From Isurus oxyrinchus (lineage: Eukaryota), in the NCBI GenBank assembly GCA_026770705.1, contig JANJGN010000004.1, positions 42,346,001 to 42,410,000 on the forward strand: a DNA stretch of 64,000 nucleotides, read 5' to 3'. This document shows, piece by piece, positions 37,424 through 51,097 of the stretch (within the stretch, counting starts at the first letter, position 1; each line of letters begins with the position of its first letter). The translations under genes and the position numbers were made by a program. The notes beneath the pieces are model-generated. The model made no database searches. It worked only from the letters and a program-made list of their open reading frames with translations, and had not been told where the DNA came from.

Positions 37424-38049
37424 GTTAAAAGGGAGAAATCAGATTGATGAGAGTGGTTTCTCAGAGTGGCTGGAAGTGGATAACTATGTGTTACAGGAAT
37501 CTGTTCTGGGATCACTTCTGTTCACTGTATGTTCAGCGTAGTAGAGATGGTGTCCAAATTTGTAATGATACTAAAATAGGAGGCACAGTAAATAATGCTG
37601 AGGGCTAGGTCTAAGGCTGTGAGGAGGTGAAATGCATTACCAGAATTATTGCTTGAAGTAGAGACCGTGTCAACATTTAAAAATAGTTTTGGTGGGTGGT
37701 TGAAGTAAAAGGGAATAACAGACTATGCGAACAAGGCATGCACATGAAAAAAATTAAGGACCAGGAGGTCTTAAAGGAACCATTTAAGATTGATGCTACA
37801 ATGCCAGAAATGGTAGTGGCACTAATTTTTTTTTGGAAGGGTAGTGTTGACCAAGGGGAGAATGAATACACTTTCTGGCCCCAAAAACCACTTTCCGGTG
37901 GACTAATGGTCCCTTCAAGCACCCAGCCCAATTTAAACCCTACTGCCCCATGCACCTTTATATGTAGATCTCTGGTTTGTTCTGCAGAGGAACTGCTTAA
38001 TTTTTCACCCTCCACACAATTTCAAGTGCCACCCATTGGTTACTTGATG

Positions 38050-38830
38050 TGTGCAATGTGTGAAAATTGGCTTCAGTATTCTAAATGTGCCTTGGCAAAG
38101 TCCTTGTACAAAGAAAGCATCACACTTCTGCTTCATATCAATTGCCCTAGCAACATAGTTATTCACTTCCATAACCAATGGTGGGTGAACTGAGTTTGTG
38201 GCGAGAGCTGATGATGATGGCTTTGACCTACTCAATGCTTCGCTGGAGAATGTTGAGATTAATATGAGATTGAACTTTGAGTGCACTTTTAGAGCATGAA
38301 AGCACTGAAAGTGTTGAGAGATGATAGGGTTGGGTATCATCAGTATACATATGGAAGCTGACTCCAGGGTTTCAGGTTATATTATCAAAAGGGAGTATGT
38401 AAAAGAGGAAAAGTTGGCAGTGTGATGTGGGAACCAGAGCTATTGCTACAGAGTTTCTGGCTAAAGTCGGATAGATTAAAGTAACATCAAGCAAGAATGA
38501 TGTGCAATGCAAGGGAGATGATGTTTCTGAGAAGCATAGTGTGGTTGACTGTGTCAAAGGCTACACAGAGGATGAAGAGAATGAGGAAGGATAATACATT
38601 ACCTTCAAATTTACTCTGAATGCAATTTATGACATAGGTTAGGGCTGTTTTGGTTTTACCATCATAGAAGAGGCCTAAGCGAAGTGGCAAAATTCAAACA
38701 GGGTGCCACAGGGGAGATAGACAGGGAGCTTGGAGATGACAACAGTTAAAAGGACCTTTAAGAAGAAAGGGAGGTTGCAGATGGGACAGTAGTTATGAAG
38801 AACAGAAGGGTCATGAGTAAGGTTTTCGAT
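38050..38830 (-). mobile_element. Degenerate L2 LINE RT fragment
   Basis: TKTALTYVIN...LILFILCVAFDTVNHTMLL, cf. L2 TETALL...LDLSAAFDTVDH; ASICILMIPN is the shifted frame of the YADD region. Confidence 0.7.
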
Positions 38831-40403
38831 CAGTAAGCTTGTATTAGTAAAAGCATAATTGTAATATGTGTAGGGGTGAAATCCTCCCTCTTGGCTTTAT
38901 GAGTTAAATATTCCAACCTACTGCTTACAAAATTCCTCATGTTTATTATTTTTATTCTTCTGGGGCCAAAGAGGTGACCTCATGATTAGCAGGCCAATCA
39001 ACATTTCAATTCCCTAAAGCTTCAAGGATTGCAATGTATTCTCCTTCTGGAATTGATTCAGTGCTCATTATAAAAATGTATTCTGGAAAATAAAAATAGA
39101 AACAAAATTAGTATTTGGATGTTGTTTGCACTTTGTGTTTTGGGTTATTTGCATAAGATGTATAACAAGTCATTTTGAAAGAACGTGCTTTGTGGGAAGC
39201 ACAATCAGAAACATTATCTTTTATCATATCTCCCCATTATGACGTGAAATGTAAAGCTAACTGCACTAACAAATGTCAGCATTCTTTGTATGATGAAATC
39301 ACAATTCACTGCAAGCTAAAATTAGCACATATGCTATCTTTCAGTTAGGACATTTTCACATTAGCTATCAATACTAGGTGCAGTTTTTGAAATATCCAAC
39401 TGCAAATATTAGAATCTTAAAGGGGCATTGCCTACCAGTGAAAATATTTTTTCGTCTATTTGGGAAAGGCAAAAGATCTAGGAGTTATTTGTGCATGTTG
39501 TTATTATCCATATGTGATAGGATGATAGGTTTTCATATGTTTTCATTACCATACTGTATGTAAACAAAATGCAAAGTATATTTTTATGAAGATGGCACCG
39601 CTTTAAAAAGATTGCGTGGGATTTTTTTTTGAAGGACCTTCACAAGGCAGCAATATCCTGGATTCTGCAAGATGTCAAGATTGGAATCTAAAAGGTCACA
39701 GTCAGCCAAAAAAAACATTGGCTCTACATTACTGGAATAAAGACTTGGTAACTTTATTGCCATCCATATCCCATACTGTATTAACCAGAGACTGTGATAT
39801 TTACCGAACATGTCAGCAGCATAATAGTAACAACAGTCAGGAGATCAGGCTTAATAGTAGTTGAACATGGCAGTTGCAGATAAACTGGCAAATGTTCAGC
39901 ATCTAACCTGAGTGTAGCGCCACATAATATTTCAACTTTATCATTCAGCTGGACTTTATCTTTTGGACAAAATGCTTATAGTTAAGAACTAATAGGTTGC
40001 CTTGAAATGTATTTGTGGAATAGAGAAAATATATATTTCCCTGAATTATATGCCATTAGACGGGGATAATTTCAATGGACTGTCCTTAAAACAGACGTGA
40101 AAGGGAAGCAGTCAGCAGATCTAACGTCATGTCCATCAATGGGAATTGATAAGGAAAGTTAGGTGTATATTTTAACTGAGCCTCTGTAATTATGCCTGTG
40201 GATTATGCCATTTGGTAAGATCTTTTAGTTTCTGACTGCAACAGCCTATTAGGTGTTAGATATAAGGTTTAGCAAAAATAATACTGTGAGAACCAAACAT
40301 TTCAACTATTTGACAACATTCTTTTTCTTCAAATTGTGACCTGTTTAGTGAAAACAGTTCTTTTTTTCTATGAAAATTTGTATTACAAGGCATAATAATC
40401 AGA

Positions 40404-40880
40404 GGGTGAGAATTTAGTGGCCCCATGGTGTAGGGCTAGGTGTTGGGGGCGGTGGGGCATTAAAATGCCAGGGAACCATGTCAGACAGCTCCCCAATGCA
40501 TTCCTGACACGAGGGAAGTTTCCCAGCAGTGGGAACATCATCTGCTGGACAGCCTGCTGACCACACGCAGGTGGCTAAACGCCCAATTAAACGCCATCTT
40601 CCCAGGGGCTGGCAGTTCGCCAGCAGCAGTGTGCCACCTATCCCTCCCTGCCCTCCAAGCCATGTAGGGAGGCCACCAGCTCCTTGGAGGCAGCCTCCGT
40701 GTGGCCTCCTGTAGGGGTGGGGAGAAGGTTGCCATTGGAGTTGGAGTCGGAGTGAGAGGCTCTAAGGCCCAAGGAGGGGGCTGCTGGAGGCAGTGCCATT
40801 CCTACCCCAAAGCTGCTGTTGGCGAATTTCCCCCTCCAAGCAACAGGGCATGCATGCTTTGCCCGAGCTGAAAAATTGAA
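40404..40880. mobile_element. Harbinger-like terminal fragment or MITE (possibly the left end of element D)
   Basis: GGGTGAGAATTT start; cccaattaaacgcc motif; GC-rich relative to its flanks. Confidence 0.4.
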
Positions 40881-42003
40881 TCAGCAACCCACTTGCAATT
40901 TTGAAATATCTAATTAGCAAGCAATTAAGCTTGTTTAGAATCCGATTGACTGGGATAAAACGTTGACCACACCAAAATGCGGTAGGTACACAAGAAGCAT
41001 GGGCTGTGGGAGTTATGTTTTCTTCTAGGGACTGCTGAAAAGGCAGATATAAATGCTGCAAGTTAGCAGAAAAGTCAGATGAGAATTAGGGCAGAATTTT
41101 CTGTGCCTGCTAGCGTCAGGCGTGTTTGGCAGTGTGAGTGGACAATATGGTGGGATAGCCAAAAATCGGTTTCAGGACGTTGTGAAACCAGTTTGCAATC
41201 GTCCACTCTGTCCGTCAATGGCGGTACGCGTTTCCTGCCTTGGAAACCTCACTGCAATACATATCATTATAAGCCCAGCTTGTCGGATTCATCACTCCAC
41301 ATTAGATCATCCGAGTGCATCGATGTGACTTGGGGTTGGGGTGGGTGGGGGGGGGGCGCAAGGGTTGCACTGATGTTGATAGTTGCACAAGCACGTGAGG
41401 GGTGGGGCGGTGGGGGGAGGGGAGCCATCACACATTAGGGAAACCTTGGATAAAGTGACCATTCCTCTCCAGCTGAGATAGTTCAGGCGCAGCCACATTG
41501 ACATGCTTGGAATTGGTCCTACAGCTTATCTGCCCACTCAAGCAACGCAGAGGCATGAAATTGCCACCAAATGCTCCAAAGCTTTTTACCCGTTGGGCAC
41601 AGGCTGCAAACTAATGAGCATTTTAATGGTCTGCAGTTGGTCAAGTTGTATAATCTCCTTGCGAAAGCTGGCTGTGGAGCAGTCATTGGTGGAGGTGCTC
41701 ACAATGTCATCATTCTGGTTTGGACCAGTCTCCCCCATGGTTCAAGCTAACAGTGCAGCCTTGCAGTGTGGGTTAGGAGAATGTCTGCGCCAGAGCTGAG
41801 GGCACAACATGCAGTCCAGTGGGTGAAACTGCCGCCAACCGGTCAGGTGGAGTGAGGTGGAGGTGGGTGGGGTTTCGGGCAGCCATGCAGTGCACTAATC
41901 TCCGGCTATCCAAGTGGTGGCCTTCAGACTTAACCAAGAGAGGTTCTTACAACACCCAAGCTAACATCTCTCTTTCATCCTGCAGGAGGAGTACATCAGC
42001 AGC

Positions 42004-43239
42004 ATGGAGCCTGGTGACCTAACTGTATGCCTCGTGGCGTACAGAGAGCGGAGATGAAGGTGAAGAGAGCGACAGAGGTGCCTGGCTGGGCAGAGGGAGG
42101 AGCAGGACCCTCAGGGAGAAGGGGCAGCTGGGGCTTCTGCATACGCCACTGAAGAGCCATAGCGAGCAGTCGCTGTTTGGCACCAAGCTAGATCTAGGGT
42201 CTGTAGACATCGCCTTTCATTCCTGCAGATGACCGAGAATTAGTGTTGTCGAAGGGAACTGTCAGTCACATCTGCCAGCTGCTGCAGGATTTGGCGCCAA
42301 GGGGACATGGAGGACATCCACTGCCAGTGGCCATGAAAGTGACTGCGGCACTCAATTTATACACCAGTGGTTCCTTTCAGGGTTCCACAGGTGACCTGTG
42401 TGGGATATCACAAACCTCCACCCACAACTGCATCCATGAGGTCACGGATGCCATCTTCCTGAAGGCACACAACTTTGTACATTTTGCCTGGGACCAGGAA
42501 AGCCAAGGTGCAAGAGCACTGGGATTTGCCCAGATCTTGGGTTTCCCACAGGTGCAGGGTGCAATGGACTGCACTCATTGACACTCAGATCTCCGTTGCA
42601 ACAAATGGTCAACTATGTCAATCGCAAGTGCTTCCATTTGCTGAATATTCATCTGGTATGCAACCACCACAAATGCATCTTGCAGGTCTGTGCAAGGTTC
42701 CAAGGCAGAGTCCACATTAGGGTTGTCCTAATGCAGTTGTCCTACATTCTCATTTGGTCTCATATCCCTGACGTCTTCCAGGGTCCACAGAGGCTGCAGG
42801 AATGGTTCCTCAGGAACAAGGGCTACCTGCAGAGGACGTGGTTTATGACACCCATGCAGCAGCCTCAGACTGCAGTAGAGCGAAGTGGCTCATGCTGCCA
42901 CTGGAACCTTGGTGGAGCAAACCATAGGGATGCTAACAAGGAGCTTCCAATGTCCGGACCGGTCTGATTGAGCGCTGCAATATAGTCCACAGAGCATATC
43001 ACGCATCATTGTCGTCTGCTGCACAATTTACGACCTGGTGCTGCAACGGGGAGAGGAGCTGCCTGAGAAGGGGATGGAGGAGTTTAGCATCTCCTCCGGT
43101 GAGGAGGATGTCGACAGGGATGAGGGTGAGCAGGTCCCTCGAAGGCGATGATGTCCTCGCACTGGCCAGACGAGGCAGGCACGCTCCGGAGGCCCTCATA
43201 GCTGCTAGATTTGTGGAGGATGATGATGACACACAGTGA
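42004..43239 (+). pseudogene. Harbinger DDE transposase pseudogene
   Basis: LPVAMKVTAALNLYTSGSFQ, GISQ, GAMDCTH, NRKCFHLLN, FLRNKGY (D to N), acidic tail; ATG preceded by a ctttcatcctgcAG acceptor. Confidence 0.92.
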
Positions 43240-43689
43240 GGAGACACCATAGATCCTCACATTGCATCTGTGAATGTTTGACTCCAGTCTGCCAGATGGC
43301 AGTGCACGTACTCTCTGTGAGAATGCTCCTGTCATGGAGACACAGCGGAGGCCCTAATAGTCACTCAATTCCAGGAACTGTGTGACACCTGCACACAACA
43401 TTCTGGCAGTAATGATAAGAGCCATCAAGGTGCAGGCATCACTAATGTGTCCAGGGACTATGAGGCTGGATCATGACTTTGATCTGAAGGCTACACAAAG
43501 CACAGGTAAGAGGCTCTGGACCAAGACACCTGCCTTTAGCTTGCGCAGGAACCAAGGTTTCACATCTGAGTAACCTGAACACTGCTCATCAGAACAAGGA
43601 GCCATGGACAGGGAGACATTCTGAAAATTTATTTAAAATAATAAACATTATGCACAAGTGATCAATAGCCATACCCAGCTGTGAAACTA

Positions 43690-45362
43690 CATGTTCTTAA
43701 CCTTCCTAACCCTGCCGCCAAGTCTTGGTGCTCCCCCGATATCCACAGCAGAGATGAAAGTAGCCTGCTGACTGCTATGCCACCTGTGGTGACCTTGGCG
43801 GGTATCCTCTGGAGGGCTGAGATCTGGAGGGCCCAGGCCTGCTTTGGGGGTCCTGCTCTGTGGCAGTAGCACCATCCTTGGCCTGTGGAGCTGCTGAGAT
43901 CACAGGAAGAGGGGATTCAGATGGGCTGGACACTTCAGGAGTCGCCTGGGTGGATGGCTCTGGGGTGTGCACCTGCTGATCCTCCTCCCTATGGGTGCCT
44001 GAGGGCCCATGGCTGACTCCTTGAGGAGAAGGGGAAGCTAGAGTGAGATCGAGCTGCCCCACATCCCTCTCGTGTATGTGCTGTTGGAGGCCAACAATGG
44101 AGTTGAGCCCACGCAGCAGTGCAGGACCGATGTCCTGGACCAAGGTCTCCATGGCGGCCACAATCCCACCAGTGTTGACCTCAGTGCATTGGCATGCTGG
44201 CGCTATCACCTCACCCTGAAGGCGGACGGAGTCCTCCATCATGCCTTGCAATCTGAGGAGTGCAGCAGACATTCCTTCCTGATGTTCCCAAGCTTGCCTT
44301 TCCAGCAACTGTGACATGACCGAGTCCAGAAACTCATCATCTGGCTCAGATTGAGCAGGTTTCTGGCCATCAGCAGTCCTCCAAGTGCTGGACACTTGGT
44401 AAGTCCCTGCCGCCACCTGCTGTGGATCAGAAAGTGCGATGTGCTTGTGATCCCAAGGCTACTCTTTCGCTAGGTCCCACCAAGGTGTGTATCTCTGTGC
44501 TGGTGGAGGATGTGAGTGAGCATTGTGACAGGTTTTCAATGAAGATGCCTTCAGATTCCTCTTCAGAGGTATCTTTGGGGCTTGATTAAAGACCCTGGGT
44601 TGTGAACTCCATCGGCTGTTTTCTTGATGTGCCTGCGAAAGCAAGGGGAGATAATTAGTGCATGGCAGTGGTCTGTGAAACAGTACACATCACTCACAGC
44701 ATGGTTGTCTGATGGATGTTGCACTGCTGGATCCTCATTTGGTAGATCACCACTGACATCACTGTCAGCACAGGAATGGTCTGGATCTTCATCGGCCAGC
44801 TGGGTAGCTCTATTTTCAAAGCTCGTGAGTACCTCGTGCCTCATGGCATTCCTGCACCAGTCTATGACCTCTCCCTCTTGTTGTATGCTAGCATGTCCTA
44901 CATGAATACAGATAGAGAGAGTGCAAGCCAGACACCTGCCAGGCCAGATGATAAGTATGCTTGGCATATGTGTGTGGTGAGTGGTCCCACGGATGGGATG
45001 AGAACAATTAAGGTGCATGTGAGAAAGTGAATGATGATGTCCCTTGAACTGGCAGTGAGAGAGATCCCTGTGCATGTGTGTTGGGTTTGTAAGTGTGTGA
45101 GTTGAGACTGATCAGAAAAGTGACTTGCCCTGGCGGAACAGAGATCATTCATTCTTTTTCAGCACTGGGTGGCTGTCCTCTTTTGTATGGCATTGGTGCT
45201 GACCACTGCTGCCACGCTTCCCATGCTGGATTCGTTGCTGCTCTTCCTGTAGCCAGAGCGGGAGTACAGGACATTATGACAGGCTTTCATTGAGTCGAAA
45301 AGGCACTCGAGGGACACATCTTTAAACCAGGGGGCTGCAGTCTTCTTCCCTTTTGAGGCCAT
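43690..45362 (-). pseudogene. Spliced Myb/SANT-like accessory gene, decayed
   Basis: MASKGKKTAAPWFKDVSLECL...RTATQC*KRMNDL, GCAAGT donor; middle exon (FENRATQLA); last exon after cttgctttcgcAG includes ORF 43775-44416. Confidence 0.82.
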
Positions 45363-45639
45363 GTCTTCATTGCAGCAGTCCTGGGCTGGAAGCACTGAGA
45401 GGTGTTCACGTAGCTGCACTTTAAAAATGTTGTCCGGCATGAGGAAGTGGCAAGGTGATCGTGTGACGGGTGAATGAGAGCCCGCCCACCATCAAAATGG
45501 CATGTTTCCTGGGAATGCATGATTAATGAGGTGGGATTGGGATGAGACGGCATGAAAAGCCGCCAGTGTGACCAGCGGGTAAAAGGTGCTTTTCCCGCCC
45601 ACTACCACACTTACTGCAAATCTGGGGCAATTCCACCCT

Positions 45640-47585
45640 TAGGTGTTGTTGAAAATTTTGCTTTTCATATCATTTTCATCTGCACCAAGGCAATTGCTCT
45701 GGGAAGGGGCCAAAAAGGAAATGCTGTGGTCATCATTGAGCCCTGCACCATTTTTGCTGTGAAATGCTGTCCCCTATGGAAATTGTACATTCTGTCGGAG
45801 GCACCTCCTCCAGTGAGGAGGAGAGGAGGAGGAGGAGGAGAAAGAGGGGGCTGGATGGCCAAGTGCAGGTGTGCCATGAGGTGCAGGAAGGTGGGAAACC
45901 TGCTGAGGAGTGAAGTGCTGTGAAGGGGTGGGGGTTGGGGGGGGTGTGTGGGTGCAGCAACAGACAGAGATAGACAGAGACCTTATCTGGCCAACCGAGT
46001 GTACAGGGACAGAATGTCTTACCTTCAGATGATGGAGTGACATTGCCTGTGGAGGCTTTGTCTGTAGAGGGACTGTCACATTCCTCTGTGATATGCTGGT
46101 CACTGAGAGAGCGTTCAATTGTGTGGGTGGCAACTCGTTACCTGTGGCCTCAAAAGTCACAGGGGCATTTAACATTTTCACCTTCATTTCATTCCAGACA
46201 GCATGTGGAGAACACTGCATTAAGGTCTTCATGGGTGCCATGTTTAGGTGTTATTATTTCTCTTTTACATCTGACAACACAAGTGGAAAGAGCCAGAGCT
46301 TTGCAGCCATGGCTGGTAATCCACAGATACAAGGGGTAATTGATTGCACTCATGTAGCCATAAAAGCATCAGCTGAGCTACAAGGGGCATTCATTAACAG
46401 AGAAGGATACACTCAATCAAAGTTCAGATAGTGTTCCGTCACAGTCAAAGAATAATGCAGGTGTGTGCACAGTAGACACAATGTACGCACCCTCAGATAC
46501 TCTCAGGTGCCAGGAATGTTTACAGGCCTGGAAGCTTTGGATGGCAGGATGCTCGCTGATAAAGGATACCCTTTAAAAAGATAGCTGATGAGTCCACTAA
46601 GAAATCCATGGTCAGAACCTGAATGTAGGTACAACGAAAGCCACACTATGACCAAGGCCATCATTGTGCAAACCATTGGTCTCCTCAAGATGTGATTCTG
46701 ATGCCTGGATAGATCAGCTGGGATTATCCAACATGCATCAGCCAGAGTGTCTGTTATGATAGTCATTTGCTGTGTGTTTGCCTCCACCATTCCTCCAACT
46801 GCTAGAGGCCTGCTCCATCTCAGTCTCCAAAAGCTGTTTGTGCAACTGTCATGCAGTCTCACCATTGTGTTTATCCATTACAGCCAAGTCACGCATACTC
46901 ACCCAGGTGCATGGACCTGCGCTGATGTTAGGTACGGAGCAAGGGTGTAACGCTGGGCTCTCTGAGGCATCCTCTTCCTCCTCAGTGGTTAAAGTCGGTA
47001 CCTTGAGGCAATTGCCTACATCTGTCGATGTTGCACCTGTGCAGGAAAATAAAAAGAAGCAGAATTAGGGGCATCTTCATCCTTTGAGATGAGCTTGTTG
47101 AGATATGCTTCCTCAATGCTGGAACCATTGGGAGATGCGAATCAATGTTTGAACCCTAGACCCTTCAACATCGAAGCATACCTTCCTCTCCAATGTCTCT
47201 AAGCCTTCAAAGTCACAAACCATCAATGCTACTTTCCTGCCAGCTTCCCCAGATTCAAGCATCCTCCCCTCCTCAGCTCTTTCAGAACTGTTTGCTGGAA
47301 TTATAAAAATTTGTCCTTGGAATCTCACCACCCAGGCTTTCCTCCTCTTTCACCTCAATCTGTGGCCCAGCTCCATTCATTGGCAGTCAACTCCAGGAAC
47401 TCCTCCTGAATGGCTGTCAGGATGGCCAAGCTTGTTGCACCACCTCCAGTCAATGCTGTAGGTCGGCTCCCCGCCTGGTGACTGTTAATTGGCCACTACG
47501 TATTATGCGATGTCTTTCAAAAGCAATCCACACACTTCCAGATTGGATTCCTGCCCACCACCGAGGTACATGGAATTCAGCCGCA
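45640..47585 (+). mobile_element. Harbinger element D, older and internally deleted (transposase remnant ~45960-46770)
   Basis: [49 protein letters not shown]; right terminus GAATTCAGCC; left end not resolved. Confidence 0.8.
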
Positions 47586-47599
47586 AGGGTTAAATTCTG

Positions 47600-47990
47600 T
47601 GGAGAATATTAAGGGGCGATTTGATTGAAGTTCTCAAAATACTAAAGGAAACAACTAAGGTAGATGGAGATAACTAATTCTATTGGCTCGAGTGCCTAGG
47701 GCTAAGGGGCATGGTTTAAAAATTTGAGACAGATCTTTCAGGTGTGAAATTAAGAACACTTCTAAACACAAAAGGTGACAGAAATTTAGAGCTCTCTTCC
47801 GCAAATGGTAAAAGATGCTAAATCAATTGTTATTTTTAAATCTGAGACTGATCAGCTTTATTTAGTCAAAGGTATAAAGGGATATAAAACTGGGTATATG
47901 AAGTTAGGATACTGATCAGCCATGATCTCACTGCAGGGTGGAACAGACTGAAGAGGCTAAATGACTTACTCATTTTCATATGTTCTTATA
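47600..47990 (+). mobile_element. CR1 LINE 3' fragment
   Basis: LRGDLIEVLKILKE, RGHGLK-like sequence, and tail gatcagccatgatctc...atatgttcttat. Confidence 0.8.
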
Positions 47991-48336
47991 AACACTGACA
48001 CATGCATAATATCATGTTTTGCCTTGTTTATCTCTGGCCATTGCTATGTGTGCTAGCTATTGGAAAAATATTCCAGTTTTCCAGGAGGTGGCATACTAAT
48101 TTAATTCACTGTTCTTCAGGTTATGAGGCAGCTGGGTCAGATATGTGTATGAAGCTGGTAAATAACTTGACCCCGTTGCTTAAATTTTGTTAAAAAAACA
48201 GTAACAGTAAGTGGCACAATGAATAAGAAATTTTCATATACTCTCTTGGCTACAAGCTATTTTCTGTTGTAATAGTTCAGAAAAATTACAGCAAAGTGGG
48301 CTTCAATCTGCAGCAACAAGCAAAGAATGCATTTCA

Positions 48337-48810
48337 GGAAGTGATTTTAAACACTGCCCCGCCAGTTGACTGAGTGGTTAAAATGACCCAGGTTACTTAC
48401 CGACACTTTGAGCTATCTAATTCCATTGATTATGATTTCCTTCTTTAATTACGAGGGTCTGATGAGTGAGGAAGCTGCTGCAGCTTGTCTGTCAGGCTGA
48501 ACCAAGTCAGATAAAGAGCGGGATATTGTGAACGGTCAGTTTTTCACTGTTCATTGTGGGTCCAGGAGAACCATGACTTTGCCTCCGAGCTCTACCCTGA
48601 ATCCGCGTACCCAACCCAAGCACTCCCATAAAATGCTCCCAACAACTATCTGCATGATGGCAGGTGACCTTGACCAATCAGGTTTCGAGCAGTAAGAGGA
48701 CTGGTGACGTACAAATCAGGCCTGGGAGTTAAAATGGCCCAAGCCTGATTTCAGCAGCGGGTGATTTTCCAGCTCACTTCACCCACACAAAACCTAGCCA
48801 GGGGTAAAAT
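48337..48810. mobile_element. Degenerate MITE-like DNA transposon
   Basis: gtgattttaa...taaaattg termini and a GC-richer interior. Confidence 0.3.
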
Positions 48811-49089
48811 TGAAAATGCTGGAAATACTCAGCAGGTTAGACAAAATCTGTGGCGAGAAACAGAATTAATGGGCGGAATTCTCCCATCCGGGACTAAGTC
48901 CCATGGCGGGGGAGGGGAATGTCTTCCACTGCGGATCCCGACAGGAAACCACGTCATATCTCCCTGCCCTGATGTAATTAATTATACATCCGGAGGGTTT
49001 GCGCCATCTTCCGTTGTGTGGCAGGTTTGATGGTGCGTCCCCAGCCATCATATCCAGGGCCATATTTAAAAGCTGCCCAGACATCCACA

Positions 49090-51097
49090 ATGTCAGACAA
49101 AAAACAGAGGGCTGTCTACAAGGTCATTCACTGGCCCAGCTCCGAAATTTAGTGATGCCTCCCTGCGCACCCACCTGGGCTATGTCGAGCTGTGCAGCAA
49201 AGTGCCGTACCGACTTGATGGGAGGAGGAGGCCAAGCAGGGATACCAATGCTGCATGGCCGCAGGTGGCCAATGCCCTCAGTGCCCAGGGGTGCACAAGA
49301 GGTCAGCAAAACAGTGCCGGGAGAGGTTGAATGACCTTACTTGCTCCTCCAGGGTAAGTCTCATCGGATGGTCGCATAAACCACAAAGACTCCAATATTT
49401 CACTGTCCAAGCTCAGTGGCAACAGCATGTCCTGTCTCACAGTCCCAATTCAGAGCCTCCACACTGTGATGGAGTGCCCATTGTGCCTCTCTCACCCTTC
49501 AGCAGACATGGAACACTGCATGGAAGGGCGGGGGGTGCGGGGGGGGTGGGTGGGGGGGTGGGAGGGATCCAGCTCAGGTGCAGAGGGAACCAGCAACCTC
49601 TGCAAATCACATCCCTGTCTGAGTGAGGGTTCTCCTTGCATGTGGATTTGCTCAGCGCTCTGGAGGGAGCTGGTCCACAACCCTTCTGCTCAATTCGCAC
49701 CAGTAATGACGTGCCATAAAAGTGGGCTAACTTAGGAGTGGAGGTATGATAAATGAACCAATTTCCACTGCTTCAATCCAAGCAACACACATCTCCTCTC
49801 AAACATGTTCTTTGAGCAGGAGAAGCTCTGTCACAATAGTAGAGAACATGAGAAGACAGGTGGGGCGATGGGAGTGGAGGAGATGTGACCATTTCTCAAG
49901 TCTCTGATGGAATTTGAGGAGAGGGCATCTGAGCTCATAGGAGTGCAACAGGACAGAGTCATTGTTGATGGGGAGCTCGGCCTTGGGTGTCCACCTAATA
50001 AGGATTCATCCATTCAATGCAAACCTGAGGGTCGATTGTGCCTCCATGTTGGAGGGAGTTGTTGCTGTCATTTGCACTCCTCTAATTCATTTACAGGTGC
50101 CTCCAGGGAGAGACCAAAGCCCAAGGAGGAAAAGGAGGAGTCCCTATCAGGTGTCAGCCCCAGCCCAGAGATATGCCAGGAGGGATCGGAAGAGGAGTGT
50201 TCCACATGTGTAGAGGCATCACAGCAATCACTTGTACCCTCCACCAGCTCAGGAACACATACCTCGGTAGGTATTGATGCTAGTTTAGGAAGAGTCCCAC
50301 AATCTGGTGGTCACGCCACGGACAAATGTCCGAAGTAGGAGTAGGCAGCTTCAGCCAAGCTCCCCAGTCCTCAGATGACTGCTGGGGACGAGGCATCTGT
50401 GAGGCTCAAGTCAGGTGACAAGCCTCTGGAATCGGCCTTCCAAGTCATGGTGGAGAGTCAGCAAGAGTTGGGGGAGCATAACGCAGAGCTGTTGAAGCCC
50501 TCGACAGTGTGGCAGGCTAGTTGGAGGAATCTGCCTGCCTGCTCTCTGATGAAGTGGTGCCCACATGTGTGTGCATGGTGGGCTCCATGGGGGAATGGGG
50601 AATGCCATAGAAACCCTCAACCAGCAGAACATCCAGATTCTGCCAGAGATGCACATAGACATGCAGTCCAACGCTGTTGCCATGGCTGAGTTCATGCAGT
50701 GGCCATGCAAGAGGGCAACGGGACACCTTGATGTCCCTCCAAGATGCTCTTTCCCCTCAAACAGTCAGGCCAGGGCTCTTGAGCACCCAAAGGGAAGTGG
50801 AGCTGCCGCTGAACAACCCTAGGTCATCCACTCAGGACTCTGAGATTGTCCGCTCCCTCTGAATCCCCTTTGCCTGTGCCCCCATCAACTTTGTCCTCTG
50901 TCACCATGGAGGGGGCAGCTGGCCCACAGGGAGACAGCCAAAGTAAATCGGGGCCATCCATGCCTCAGCTCTTCAGAGGACGGCCGCCAAAGTCATCAAA
51001 GGCAACAGGGCAAACAACTTCACAGGCTGCCTCCACCCCTGATGTCAGGGCAGCATCTAGAAGAAGTGGTAGGCAATGTAAAATCAAGAAAGTTTGA
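49090..51097 (+). pseudogene. Spliced Myb/SANT-like accessory gene (3 exons), decayed
   Basis: APKFSDASL...AAWPQVA...RSAKQCRERLNDL, GTAAGT donor at ~49353; exon 2 from ~49820 (EKL.HN.RE..KTGG, EFEERASELIG); exon 3 from ~50097 ending RRSGRQCKIKKV*. Confidence 0.82.

Larger units (their letters stand above)
24238..37770 (+). mobile_element. Very old CR1 ORF2 fragmented by nested insertions (pieces ~24238-24440, 31780-32110, 36068-36152, 37424-37770)
   Basis: In order: FYKYL..LAEKLNKY; KVDK...DRMHP; then W.EV....QESVLGSLLF and SKF..DTK.GG, as expected for colinear CR1 ORF2. Confidence 0.55.
41089..45638 (+). mobile_element. Harbinger element C (distinct family, two-gene layout)
   Basis: TIRs GGGCAGAATT / AATTCCACCC; perfect TTA TSD. 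Confidence 0.92.

Noticed and set aside
37696-38193. 165-aa ORF
   Set aside because: Spans a CR1 tail, a short MITE-like piece and antisense L2 sequence; no coherent protein signature.
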